This document shows, in pieces, positions 13,080 to 25,063 of a stretch of 64,000 bases of DNA. The position numbers were made by a program, and so were the translations under genes. The stretch spans positions 372,001 through 436,000 of the forward strand of contig JALMLS010000420.1 in NCBI GenBank assembly GCA_038496445.1, in the 5' to 3' direction. The stretch is from Trichosphaerium sp. ATCC 40318. Its lineage: Eukaryota; Protista; Tubulinea. The first letter of the stretch is position 1. The number at the start of each line of letters is the position of its first letter. The notes beneath the pieces are model-generated. The model did no database searches and was not told where the DNA came from. It saw only the letters and a program-made list of their open reading frames with translations.

Positions 13080-16000
13080 TTACTCTACTGACTCAGACAT
13101 ACGTGACCCGAATACATGCTCGACAATTCTATCCCTGAAAACAAATTAGCCAAATACAAGTTTGCACGTGATTTTTTTTTTTTTTCTGCAAAGCGGCACA
13201 CGTAGTATACCTTTGTTGGTTATTCGTTACATTAGTTTCTCTTCGAACCAATACAACAGAAACTATCACAACTATAATAGCCAATACCACTAGAACTACA
13301 GTCGCAATATAAGCATTTGAAAGGAATACACGATTCAATATACGTACATGATACTACACCAATAATGACCTTACTTGTGAGCGTCAGTGGACGTCTTGGT
13401 GTAGGCGCTATAACAGTTAAGCTACCAAACAATTCAACTTTAGAACTCACTTGGTTGATAACGTGTTGGACTACTCTTGGCAGGTGCAATGAAGGGACTT
13501 TGAGGTGCTAATGAAGGTGAATACGGTGAAGAATGGTTGGACGGTGCTGTCGTTGGAGTAGAAGGTGACATTGGAGAATTCGTTGGTGCTACACTTGGAG
13601 TAGTGGGATGCAGTGAAGGTGATGTAGGGCTGTAGGTTGGTGTTGTTGGCGAACTTGTAGGTACTGCGGGAGAAGGCCTTTGAGAAGGCCCGTGTGGCGA
13701 TTCTGTAGGGGGTACATAAGTTGGTGCAACTGGAGCAGTAGTCGGAGCTAGTGAAGGCTGTGTAGGCTCCACGGTAGGAGCATTTGACGGAGGCACTGTT
13801 GGTGACTTTGTTGGAGATGCTGTCGGAGCAATAGTTGGTACACTGGTAGGTGCTTGAGTTGGGGTTTCTGTAGGCGAGCTAGTAGTTGGAGCTTTTGTTG
13901 TAGGACTTTCGGATGTTGGAGGATTAGTAGGCGGTTTGGTTGTTGGATGCATTGTAGGTGCTTCAGTAGTAGGTGTTTGTGTTACAGGAGTACGTGTCGT
14001 TGGAGCCTCCGTTGTTGGTACTCTTGTAGGTGCTTCAGTTGGCGTCGTTGGTTCAACGGTTGGTGCAACTGGCGCTATTGGTGATTTTGTAGGAGCTTGT
14101 GGTGGTGTAGGAGGCACTGTTGGAATAGTGGGAGGCTCAGTACTCGGCGCGGTTGGAGGTTTTGTTGTTGGCGGTTTCGTTGAAGGTGGATTTACAGGAG
14201 ACATTGTCGGTGATACAGGCGGTTCGGTAGGCTGGGTAGGCGTAGTTGGGGCAATCGTTGGAGATAGCTGGGGTGGGAGAGATGTTGGAGCACTGAATAC
14301 TACAAATGTTCAGTACTTGGACTATAGTCGCACACTACCTCTAATCTGCTTGTTTATCGCTGCAGCACAAGGATCTATAACACGACTACCACTAAGTAAT
14401 ACAAGTGTTGCTACTCAAATATTAGTCGTTAAGCCTTATAGACAAACTATATACTCACCAATCCCTTCAGTAATCTTGAGAGGTACTGTAAAAAATGAGT
14501 TAATTAGATAGAATATTTTAAAACATTATCAACGACTAAGAAGTACCCAAAGTCTGAAGTAATCCTGGCCCTTCGTATTTAACTTCTGCTGTAAAATTTA
14601 AACCCTTATCTGTTTCGAATATAATCTTGTAAGAAGCTGTTGCGTTGAAAGAGAAACCAACGATATCTACTAACGTTAATATCAAGTTTATGAAACACGT
14701 GTTAACCCTACCAACAACATCTCCAGGAAAAACTGAGCTTATCGAATTTACAAGAGGGTTCTTGATACGCCATGTTTCACTCAAATCACTTGAAATAAAA
14801 GCAGCGCCTATGTAGACATTAGGAGTAGTAAGAACTTCAGTTGAGTAAAAACCTGTTGAGCGAAACAAAGGGGATCCAAAAATTCCAATATAATTATCCG
14901 ATATTGCCATCTCTTTTCCAAAGTTTGAGGCCCCAGTATAATCCGTTAATGCTGTAAATATAATAGAAACTATATTCGTATTTAGTAGTAAATAGAAATA
15001 GTGAAAAAACAATACCTAGATTCCATGGACCATTTCCGTGCTTAACAAACGCAAAAACAGTTCCTAAAATCAAATTAATGAACACTATCACAGGCGACCA
15101 GTACCCCTTTGAGCATGTGGTGATGCCTGTTGTTTCCCAGGAGCACTTACTAGTACCATAACTGCGTCCCCTATTGTAATGATAGCTGTTAGTGTTGTGT
15201 AAGTGTCATTGATGTACCTTTGCTAACATATGCCAGAGAAGTACCGAAACTATCAGCTTGTTCCAGATCTCTAGGAACCAATGATGAATTTGAACTGAAC
15301 TTGTTACTTAGACAACAATAAGACTAGTTTTATCAGTCTTAATAATTGTTAATCAACGGACGTAAGCATGACCTAGGTTTTGGGAGACATCTTACAAAAA
15401 AATAAGTAAAGTAGCAAGATCAAAGCCTCAGTCTACCTGTACCAACTGCAGCACCGACTTCACTTCCTGAAGGAAACATCAATACGGACGATCCAAATAG
15501 TTCGTTTCCTCCTAACTTCATAGACTCAATACGTCTTACACCTGGGGAGCGTGTTAATTTAAGTCACTTTTACAACATTACTACTCACGTGTCCATTTAC
15601 CATCCTCGTAGTTAAAAATAAATACTATGCCACTTTCTACTTCGCCACCAATAGCAGAATAAGGAGCTCCAATTATAACAGCACTACCATAAAGTGATAC
15701 AGACAAACCAAACTTTCCTTTTGAGATATCTGCTCCGTAAGGAAGCAGTGAACTCTGAGCGTTGTTAGTTTCTGAAGAAACGATTGCAGCAAAAACTCAC
15801 AGTCTTTAAGAATCCTTTGGAATCCGTGTAGACATGCACAGTCCCGTTACCTACAGAGGTGGTTACTTCCAAATAACTCATGTTATTGTTGTGTGCCTGC
15901 ATCAGGTTCTCCAACAACGATGGTATCTTTGAACACAGCAACTGAAGAACCAAAAGAAGAACACTGTATTAAAAAAATAACTAAAGCTACCACATGTGTT

Positions 16001-16641
16001 TTTGGTCTGATCACGTGCCTGCGTACAATTCGATAAGGTTTGATAATGAACCCAACAGTCTTTTAATTCAGTGCACTGCTTTCGGGTGTACACCTTACAA
16101 ACGTGTTAACGCCAGTCAAAGTACAAAAACATACATCTACAAAGCCTTTGGCGCCAATGACAAGAAACTCTGTACTAACGGCTAATGACCGACCATAACC
16201 TTCTGTATTGTTTTGAAGAGATAATTGGTCCCATCCTAGTGTCAAATATTACGAAAATAAACAAAAAAGGACGTCAACATTTCAGTTTCACCAGAATTTT
16301 CTTAATGGCCAAAAAGAACCGTTTTCTTCATAAAACGTGGTCAATAGACATGAGCACGTGCCTGTAGTAGCTTTTCTAAATATCCATACTTTTGACGGCG
16401 GTCCTACACGTAATTAGAAGCGCATACGCACTCTAACAGTATTACCAATGTCGGAAACAAAAAAAAAATTATTGACAGCTGTTACCGTCCCAAATGCTCG
16501 GATATTTGGCTCTAACGGTTTAAAACAGGTCTCAGACGCTGTGCAAACCAGTAGAACAGTGTACAATACAAAAAAACGTGAAACATGGCCTCTAAGGCTA
16601 ACAACGATATAAAATTTGTATTTTAAGCCAGAAAGCGCCAT
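13080..16641 (-). CDS. FG-GAP repeat (integrin-alpha-like propeller) type I membrane protein with long Pro/Thr stalk (start uncertain)
   Basis: Blades YGRSLAVSTEFLVIGAKG, FGLSVSLYGSAVIIGAPY, LFGSSVL, SFGTSLA, FGKEMAISDNYIGIFGSP. P/T-rich ORF 13440-14204. TM AYIATVVLVVLAIIVVIVSVVLV followed by RR. Confidence 0.8.
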
Positions 16642-17182
16642 CAACTGTTCTAAATCGCGTTTTGGTTACTTTTGGCTTATGAAAGCGTATTCTCCATGCC
16701 CTGTAGCCAACTTTGGGTTACAATAAACTGGCTACAAGGAAAAGGGAAGGAAGTGAGCCTGTTGGCGGCCAGCAGTAATATCTACGCATGGGGTGACCTG
16801 AAGAACAGTTAAAAGCTGGGTACGAAATTAAGAAAAGGAGTATTGGATGTACTATGCTGGGTGAGCGACCTTGGCAGTTAAGAGTCCTGCCAAAGCGACA
16901 AAATACAAGCGAAAAACACTTGAACCAACATTGAGTATAATTTTGCTCCACGAATGCTGCAACTTTGGTTGATTCGACAAAGATACACAGTAAAAGAGCG
17001 CTTGGTTCATATTTTCCTTCAAAAATACCAAAGCGTACCAGCAATTATTTACGGGGACTTGTATACGCAGTTGGTATACGAAGTGGTAACTTCGGATGCG
17101 AGTAGCAATGATAGCGGTAAGAATACTTCTTGTTGGCAAAAAAAATGGCGAGAATGAAATTTGACACTTTATTTATTTGCGT

Positions 17183-17770
17183 TTAATTTTCGTACATGTA
17201 CTCCTCGACGTCGCTCATAAATTCTTCACGGTCTTCTCCGTAGAGTGTTCTTGCTTGGTCATACATGTCAAACACGTCTTCTCTGCTTTCGTGCATTCTT
17301 TCATAATGAACAGCGCATTGTTGTCTGTTTCCCTCTGCGCGAGTGTATGCGGACTCGCATCCCATTGCGCGTAGTATAACGGTACAGTGAGATTTGACGA
17401 AAACTTCGTTTGTGAGGCATCTGTTATCTCTGGTTACAGGAGATGCAAAATGACTGGCTCCATAGTAGCAGTTCTACATGATTATGAGAATTCGTTTGTT
17501 TAAAAAAGAACGCACATAACCACCAACATAACACAAACCACAGAATGGCTCTGAGTGTGCATCATATCGAAATGGATTCTTACAGCGACTGTAGCCATCT
17601 CCACCGTTGGCCTCGCATTCGAAATCCTTTTTAAGGCCGCCAGGCCTGCCGTTCTGTACTCTACCTTGGTGCAAGTAGCTGTTGCAGTTTTGTATGTAAA
17701 CGCCGTTCAAGGCTTGAGCCAATACGCAAGCGATTAAACAAATGAGAATGGACGCGCGGATGAGTTGCAT
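17183..17770 (-). CDS. Small secreted cysteine-rich protein (2 exons)
   Basis: Signal peptide MQLIRASILICLIACVLA. One phase-0 GT-AG intron (about 17474-17515) joins ORF 17474-17770 to the frame of ORF 17183-17365. Ten Cys in the mature part and an acidic tail. Confidence 0.75.
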
Positions 17771-18093
17771 AGTGTTTGAAACGCGCTAAGTGTATGAAAA
17801 AGGCGAAAACGGAAACTTGGCAGCAAATAAGGAGCTACCCATTTGATAAAATGCGCATTAGTTCTGGACGTACCAGGTAAGTGCTATAGGTACAAAGCAA
17901 CTTGCTTTTTTTGGCCTGTTTAAATATTTCCGTCACAGCTCAGGCGTGGCTGTTTTGAGAGGTATGAATTGCTGTTTTCTGAGCGTTTGTAAGTTGTTAC
18001 GGTGGTATATAACTTTTTTGGGCTTCAACACGAACACTTGTGAACGAAAGCGTTTGATGACGAAAATCCTACTACTGTTATTATTGTGCTAAA

Positions 18094-19350
18094 ATGAAGC
18101 GTGTTGTATCTCTAGTGTTACTTGTAGTGGTATTTGTAAGTGTAACCCATGCTTCAACCAAGCCAGTTTTACGTGGGTGCGTTAAAAGATACATTAATCA
18201 TATCTCGCACGTATTGTAGTATTTAGAGAGTATTGTAGGTACGATTTGGTTCAATATTTCTTTTTGGAATCGCCATCGGATTATGGCGTACCTGGCATAG
18301 CAAATATAACATATTCATGGCGTGGCTATGAATTTTGGTTCAGTACAGTCGAAAACAGACAATTATTTATTAACGACCCTTGGAAATACGTACCCAAGTA
18401 TGCTCAGCGATGAATCATGTATTAGTGATGAACTTACAATGATTTTTAAAAGGTTTGGCGGGTTTTGCTCTTATGGTATTGCGAACGAGGTTGAAGGATG
18501 GCCTTGGAGGTACGTAGTCGCGTTAGAGGGTTCTTAAAGTAAAATACTAATGACACTGCAGTCGTAATCACATGGGTCCACCTGCAGGTCCTCGCGATGG
18601 ATGGTACGCATGCTCTCTATCTCTAACGTCTCATCGCGTACACTATAGGACAGTTTACAAGGGCTCACTTTATTTCAACATCTATCGCTCGTATTCCAAT
18701 TTGTGGCTTTCAGACGCCGACAACAACATCGAAAAGGCAACCAAAAGGTAATGGGTTTACTTAGCACTGTACTCTAATATAAAAAAGGTGGATTGAATGG
18801 TGGGGTTCTGAGAAGGAAGGACCATTAAATACTCACTGTTATGGCACGTGCTTTTTTTTTTTTTCCAAAAATAGAGTTGTTATGTAACTCCCTTTCTAGG
18901 TGAAGCCCCTACAGAGTTATGCCTGCGTAACCCACAGACACTAGAACCGCAAATCATTGTCAAACCAACCGGCACACCCCCACATTTGAATCCAATAGGT
19001 GAGCTTGTGGCTTGTTTTTTTTGTTTTGTTCCTAACTAAAAATACAGTTTCACCTTCTGAGGAGTTTCTTGAACCTTCTCTTAACAAACCAGATGATAAA
19101 GAAATTAGAGAACGTTATTGGTTATTACTTGCTTCTGGAATATTGGCTGTTATTGCTATAATATTTGTAACTGGCGCTGCTTTTTACGTATTCTATTTCA
19201 GAAAGAAATCTCAATGGAGTCTAGTAGCTAATGTACGCTTTATTTTTCTGCCTGAAACCTACATGTTTTTAACTTTTTTGTTTATAGGATGAACTAGCAG
19301 GTATGAATGACGAAAATGTTGTGAATCTTGAAGAGGAGTCATTAGAGTGA
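18094..19350 (+). CDS. YHS-domain (seleno)protein family member, Cys form, with signal peptide and C-terminal TM
   Basis: Spliced sequence KPVLRGYDLVQYF...YSWRGYEFWFSTVENRQLFINDPWKYVPKFGGFCSYGIA...WTVYKGSLYFN...NIEKATKRW. TM YWLLLASGILAVIAIIFVTGAAFYVFYF. Confidence 0.8.
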
Positions 19351-19685
19351 ATGTAATAGTAGATGTAACAAAATAAAATCAGTGATTTTATCATTTCTTA
19401 GTTAATCCTTTTGCAAAGGTAAACGCAACTCTTGCTGATTATCATACTCTTATTAGATTATCTCTTTTTACGTACTATTTGTGCCTCGTTTAGCAGACCA
19501 TTTTGTGATCCTGCGCGAAAAATACAAGAATCAACAATCGTACTTTTTTCTTAAGTCCAATAATTTCCCGTTTTACAAGAGAAAGTGCTGACGCCTATTT
19601 TATCAAGGTTACAACAAATGGAAGAACGACTTACTGGGATTAAGTTAAGGCGGGCTCCACAAACATCTGTTAGCAAGATAAAACT

Positions 19686-22403
19686 ATGCATACGTATCTT
19701 TTAGAGATATTGGTAGTGCTCCTAACAGGTAAAGTACAAAGTGCACATTCGCAATCTCTACGCGCTACTCTATTACGTTGCCGATAATTTGGTTTATACT
19801 GCTCATTCTTACGAAGTATTAGTGCTCCTACCATATGCGTGTTGTCAACCGATAATATCGAGGCTATCGCCTGTTAAGGATGCTACACTGATAGAAACAA
19901 TAGATGGGAGCTTAGCTAGCGGAACCGATGCGTCTCTGTACCTAGGAAAGCATAGAAAACTTTTATTGGCGATTAATGTGCATCATGTTGACGACATACT
20001 GTAGGGAGCGCTCTATCTAGCGGCCTACGCCGTGTCTTGCTTCAGTTTGATTTTTCGAGCATTCCAAACGAAGCACGGGTGTTATCGGCGTCATTAACGT
20101 TAAACCTAGTAGATAGTAGTGATACGCCGTGGGAAGCAAATATTCATATCATGACTTCTATTTGGGGTACTGGAGAGTTTTTACATCCATTTTTATGAAA
20201 AAAAAGCTTCTATTCAAAAAGTGTTTTTTTAGCAAGTTTGTGTTTGACTTGTATTTTTTTAGGCGAAGGTACTTCTTCCGGCGGAGGTATTAATGGATCA
20301 AGATCCCAAGAAGATGATGTGACATGGATACATGCATTTTATGATGGCACTTTATGGGCTAAACCTGGTGGCGACTTTACACCTCAAGGTCCCTTTCTTT
20401 TATTATGTTAATCTCAATAATTTCTTAGTTACCAACACTTTTTCTGTAACGGGCATGGAGACCGGTACAATAAAGTTTCCTACTGATTTCTACAATGTTG
20501 ACAACAACTTCTTCTAGTTTTGGTTATGTCAACTCAACAGATTATCAATGACGTATCTGGTTGGATATCAAGAGATATTAATAATGTGGGCTGGATTCTT
20601 ATTGGTGATGAATCAGTACCAGGACGCTCAGCAGAATTTGGATCACGCGAATCCCCTCAACCACCAGGTAAATTTAGCCTATAGGTTGACTTTAACACGT
20701 GGTTATAGTTCTCGAAGTTGAATGGGAATTAGAATCACCTCCTATAACCCAATCGCCAACAACCGTTAATCCCACAACTGCTTCTCCAACTGATGCGCCT
20801 ACACCAGTGCAAACAATACAACCTACAGCTTCACAAACAATATCACCAACTCTAGAACCTACTACTGAGCCTGTATCAAATACGCCACCAACAGAGGCTC
20901 CAACACTCCTACCAACTTTGCCTCCGACAGATGTACCAACTCAAGCTACTACACCACCTACAAGTACACATGTTACTGTATAACCGTACTTATTGGTTTA
21001 GCACAGCCTGTGCCAACAGTTTCACCCTCAACATCGCCTACGATATCACCTACGGCATCTCCTTCACACCCTCCGACTAACGCACCTACCCTTGAACCGT
21101 CGTTATCGCCTACATTGGCACCAACTGCAATGCCATCAGTGTTACCAACAACGATTCCAGCAAATCCGCCTACGCAAGCTACAAGCACACCAAGTACCTT
21201 ATTAAAAAACCCCTGGTACCTTATACTAACTAACTATTCAGCCTCTGTGCCTTCAACACAGCCTCCAACATCAACTACAGCGCCAACGATTACGCCCGCA
21301 ACTGTACCGAGTGTTACTCCGTCAATACCACCTACAACAATTCCCTCGCTTCCATCAACTTTGATGCCGACTACTAAACCTACAATTTCACCTCCGCTCG
21401 CATTGGAACCAACACAATCGCCTCCATCAAAAAACTCGTTTATATGCAACAGCGAATATCAAGTTTATAGAGGGGTTAAGTTCATTCATGTTAAATCTTC
21501 TAAAGGTGTACTGCCAAACGACTGTTTATTTTGGAGTAATGCTAAAGGTCTGGTCTATATTGACGTCTTAAAGAAGCCTTTGCATGCTAGTCACTTTCGC
21601 CTCTTTCGCAATGGAGCTTTCATTTACAAACCAAAACACCGCAGAGGGTTTCAACAGGATGACAGTTTCACATATGTGATAAGACAAACACAAGAACTTG
21701 TGCTAGATATGGCTACAGTACACCTCACTGTCACAGATCGTAAAACTATTGATTGAAGTTTTCCACTAATATATTATGTAGCACGGACATGTTGCTCTCT
21801 ATGGACGACCTGTGAGAAGCAGCAAGATTTAGGATGGATGAACGAACTGCCTGCTTGTCCATGTGAAACACCAGATGAAATGTCAGATGAATGGAAGTTA
21901 AATTACTGCTCTGAAAGTTGTTACAATAAGTACAAACCTGGAGCAAATAGGTGCTACTCTTCCACTGGAACTAATGATACTAAGCAGCAATGCTGCTATG
22001 ACAAGTACTTATCTCAAGTTATTTCATTCTAATACAGTTTTGTAGAGAAGGTCACTTGATCACTGATGGCGCTGGAGCAGGGTATCCTAGACAATTTAGC
22101 CTTGATAATACTGATAGCAAAGCATTCCATTTTTGTGGCAGGGAAAGAGGATGGAGAGAGTACCAAAGCGTTAGGCCAGCTAATAACAATAACATGTAAG
22201 AAAAAAGTGAGATATTGTGCTTTGTGTTCACGTGGTATTCTAGGTGTAGTGCCAACCCAATGTATCTTAAAGTACCGAGAAGAATACGTAAAAAGCTATG
22301 TTTTTGTAATGTAGACGATTGGCTTACGAATGATATACCTTGTGGGTTTAATTTTTCATTGAGGAAAAAATGTGCACCTAAACCTTGGGTAAAAATAGTT
22401 TAG
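19686..22403 (+). CDS. Secreted DNRLRE + Pro/Thr mucin + Big_9 Ig-like + AMOP domain protein
   Basis: DNRLRE: LSPVKDATL, RRVLLQFDFSSIP, WAKPGGDF, NVGWILIGDE, FGSRESPQPPVLEV. Big_9: GVLPND...NGAFIYKP...DDSFTYVI. AMOP: LPACPC, YKPGANRC, QQCCYD, LITDGAGAGYP, YQSVRPANN. Confidence 0.8.
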
Positions 22404-22529
22404 TTCATTGTATATAAAAATGTTATTCACTTTTGCTTTTATTTGATGAGCAACTATCTTGATACAAAATCACGTTGTTGTTGCGCTAGTTTTACACGCC
22501 ATGATGTACATATTTGACATGGTCTTCAG

Positions 22530-23410
22530 TTAAGGTCTCTGTTTAAGCTCGCAACTTATGCTTTGTAGGTGGTTTAAGATTTTTTTATTATTACAGGTTT
22601 TAAAGCTTGGCTTGCATTTTGTACTACTTTCTTTCCTAATTTCCCTAAATCTATAAGCCAAAAAAACAGACACATTGGATATGTAAATAGAGGTACTCTT
22701 ACATATCTTGTGTTGACCAGACATCTGTATAGGGAGTATCAAGCGCTTTGGATTAGTGCAAACGAACACGAAATCTGAGCTATTTTCTTCTTGTAAGTAT
22801 CCAGTGTCAATACCGCACGTGTCATTTTCTTTCTTTCGACGTAGTAGTTCTTCCTTAGATATAGAGCCCAGAACATCTACACGACCTATAATCGATGAGT
22901 TAGGCCTGAACTTTCGATGTCAAAGCCGAATGGTTTTGTCTTGTTTTTATTGTTTAGACGAGTTTGTACCGAGAAGAGCAGATACTGGGTAATGCTTTGG
23001 AAGCGTTGCATTAGTACCAACATATTGTTCTTCTATTTCCTTGATGAGTTCTGGAGTAGGCTCTTTTGAAGCGGCTTTATCAATTAAATAAGTGATTAGA
23101 GTTAATACAGCCAATTACCGTGTATCCAAAGAGGACCTGTCAAATCTGAAGGCCAAGTCCGTCCTTCAACTAATTTTACGCCATAAACTAGTAAACTAGC
23201 CCATGGTTGGTGCTATATATGCGTAAACAGGCCACAATTCGAGGTTAGTTTAATAATCGCACCATTGAGAGAACCTGCCCTAAAATCAAGTTAAAACGTT
23301 GAACATACGCGTGGAGTACCTGTATCAGCAATCTTTGCTGCATCGGCAGCTAAAAATTGTTATTTAGATTAAACAAGAGTACACATACGAAGTATAGTCG
23401 TGTTATACAT
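22530..23410 (-). CDS. ASCH domain protein (ASC-1/TRIP4 C-terminal type)
   Basis: Spliced VLSMHQPWASLLVYGVKLVEGRTW...GPLWIHA, YPVSALLG, FVFVCTNPKRLILPIQMSGQHKI. The 3' end is approximate. Confidence 0.85.
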
Positions 23411-23779
23411 GTTGCGACTTAAAAATGCATTAATTGACTTGAAACACACGTCAAGTCAATTAAAAAGGCACGTGGAATAAACAACAAAGGATTTGACCTG
23501 AAATAGCGCTAAACGTGGTTTTTACAAGGGCTGAAATAGTCCCATACCATACATTACGTGTAAAACCAGCCAATAGTGGATTACTCCAGAGTTTAAAGCG
23601 AGCTTGCATCTACCACGTGAACATACTACTTACTGGATGTAGCCTTACACGCGATACCTAAAGTAGACATGTAGTTGCTAAGATTCTTATTGTTTTCTTT
23701 AATGCGAGATCTTGCTCAGGAAATTCGGCTGACACAATCGTTCAATTATTGTTACATAACATCTGAATGTGGAAATAAT

Positions 23780-24030
23780 GTGTGTCTGTGAAATAACAAA
23801 CTTCGGAAGTGGATATTGTGCCGCCTCCAACAACGCTACCTCCTACTGCTCAACCTCCACCACCAACAATACCTCCAACGCTATAGGCTCCAACAATGTA
23901 CAGCCAACTACAACCGTCGACAATATCCCTACAACTACAACCGTACTAACAACAATGGAAGCAACAGCATCACCGACAACATCAAAGAATACAGCAACTC
24001 CTCAAACAATGTTGGGCGCCCACAACTTTA
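23780..24030 (+). pseudogene. Degraded Pro/Thr-stalk gene fragment
   Basis: One frame reads VDIVPPPTTLPPTAQPPPPTIPPTL*APT with an in-frame TAG. The Thr-rich sequence then continues in a shifted frame (QPTTTVDNIPTTTT). Confidence 0.4.
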
Positions 24031-25063
24031 ACCAAAATCTCCGAAAAGTTATAACTTACACGACGACAAGATTATCGCTTACATCACACATAACGATTGC
24101 TTGGTATAAATTGTTTATTGGTTTACAACAACCGCAGTATCAACATTAGCACATGTGATAATGTTAGGTTTCCCAATACATTTAACACTCTATTTTGGAT
24201 AGTACGTCCTTGCTTTTGTACTTGGTTTTTACTTCAAAAAAGCTTTTGGCGAAACTCGGAGAACACACAGTAAATTCTTGGCAAATTCGGGTCTTTGGGC
24301 AAGTTGTGGTAATGGAAATTATCTAGCAGTATCCAAAGTTTCTGTGCTTTCGAAAATTTCTTGGTATAATTCTCAAAACTCACAGTGGAAGAGATTTTCT
24401 ACTGAATCTGAAGCAAAATCCACTCGAGTGGATTTTGGTACCTAGTCACATATTAACCTGTGCTGCCATGCCCACCAATGGATGACATTTTTGTGAGCGA
24501 AGGTCGTGTTCTTGTCCCGAGCGAAGGGCCCGACCGAAAGCGAACAGTGCTCTATATTAGCTTGCATTCGCTGTCTCGTACTCGAGCGTTAAACCAAAAC
24601 TGGGAATACAAAGAATCCAGTACATATTTTGTGGAAAATGTGTCGTCTGCTGTAAAGATAGTCTAGCGCTGGAATGGCTATTTTGAATTCAGTCAAAAAC
24701 TTTGATACCGTTTTATCACATGTTTACGGAAAAATTGGCGGAGGGATATTGAGTGATACCAGTTGTGGTTCAACGGAAAAAAGTTTTGTCCGTTTGTTTC
24801 CGCATAGAATGGTATACTCTGTGATACCATATCCTAATGGCCAACGTGTACATCCACCAACCTTGTGTTGAACATTTTGCGAACCGCTGAAACGTTTTTC
24901 CGCTCACCTACACTTTCCTATACATTGTTATGCTAATTTTTTTATGTTCTAAACAGCTAGAATATTACATCGAAAACGTCACATGTTTATTCTTCTTGGG
25001 TTTTTACAAGTTACCCGATAAATGTTTTTAGTTCAAACAAATTCCAGTTTAGAGTTCATCAAT

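Noticed and set aside
13936-14511. Val/Gly-rich ORF on the + strand (similar ones at 20973-21449 and 48474-48677)
   Set aside because: These are antisense shadows of Pro/Thr-rich stalk exons on the opposite strand.
16571-16586. One-base frame offsets at homopolymers near gene starts (FG-GAP gene T7 run; AAC4-like GGGG near 54100)
   Set aside because: Better explained by assembly indels or alternative starts than by programmed frameshifting. Needs raw reads.
19940-20004. Possible GA-AG intron in the DNRLRE gene
   Set aside because: Alternative GC or GT donors with a nearby AG also keep the frame, so it cannot be resolved without cDNA.
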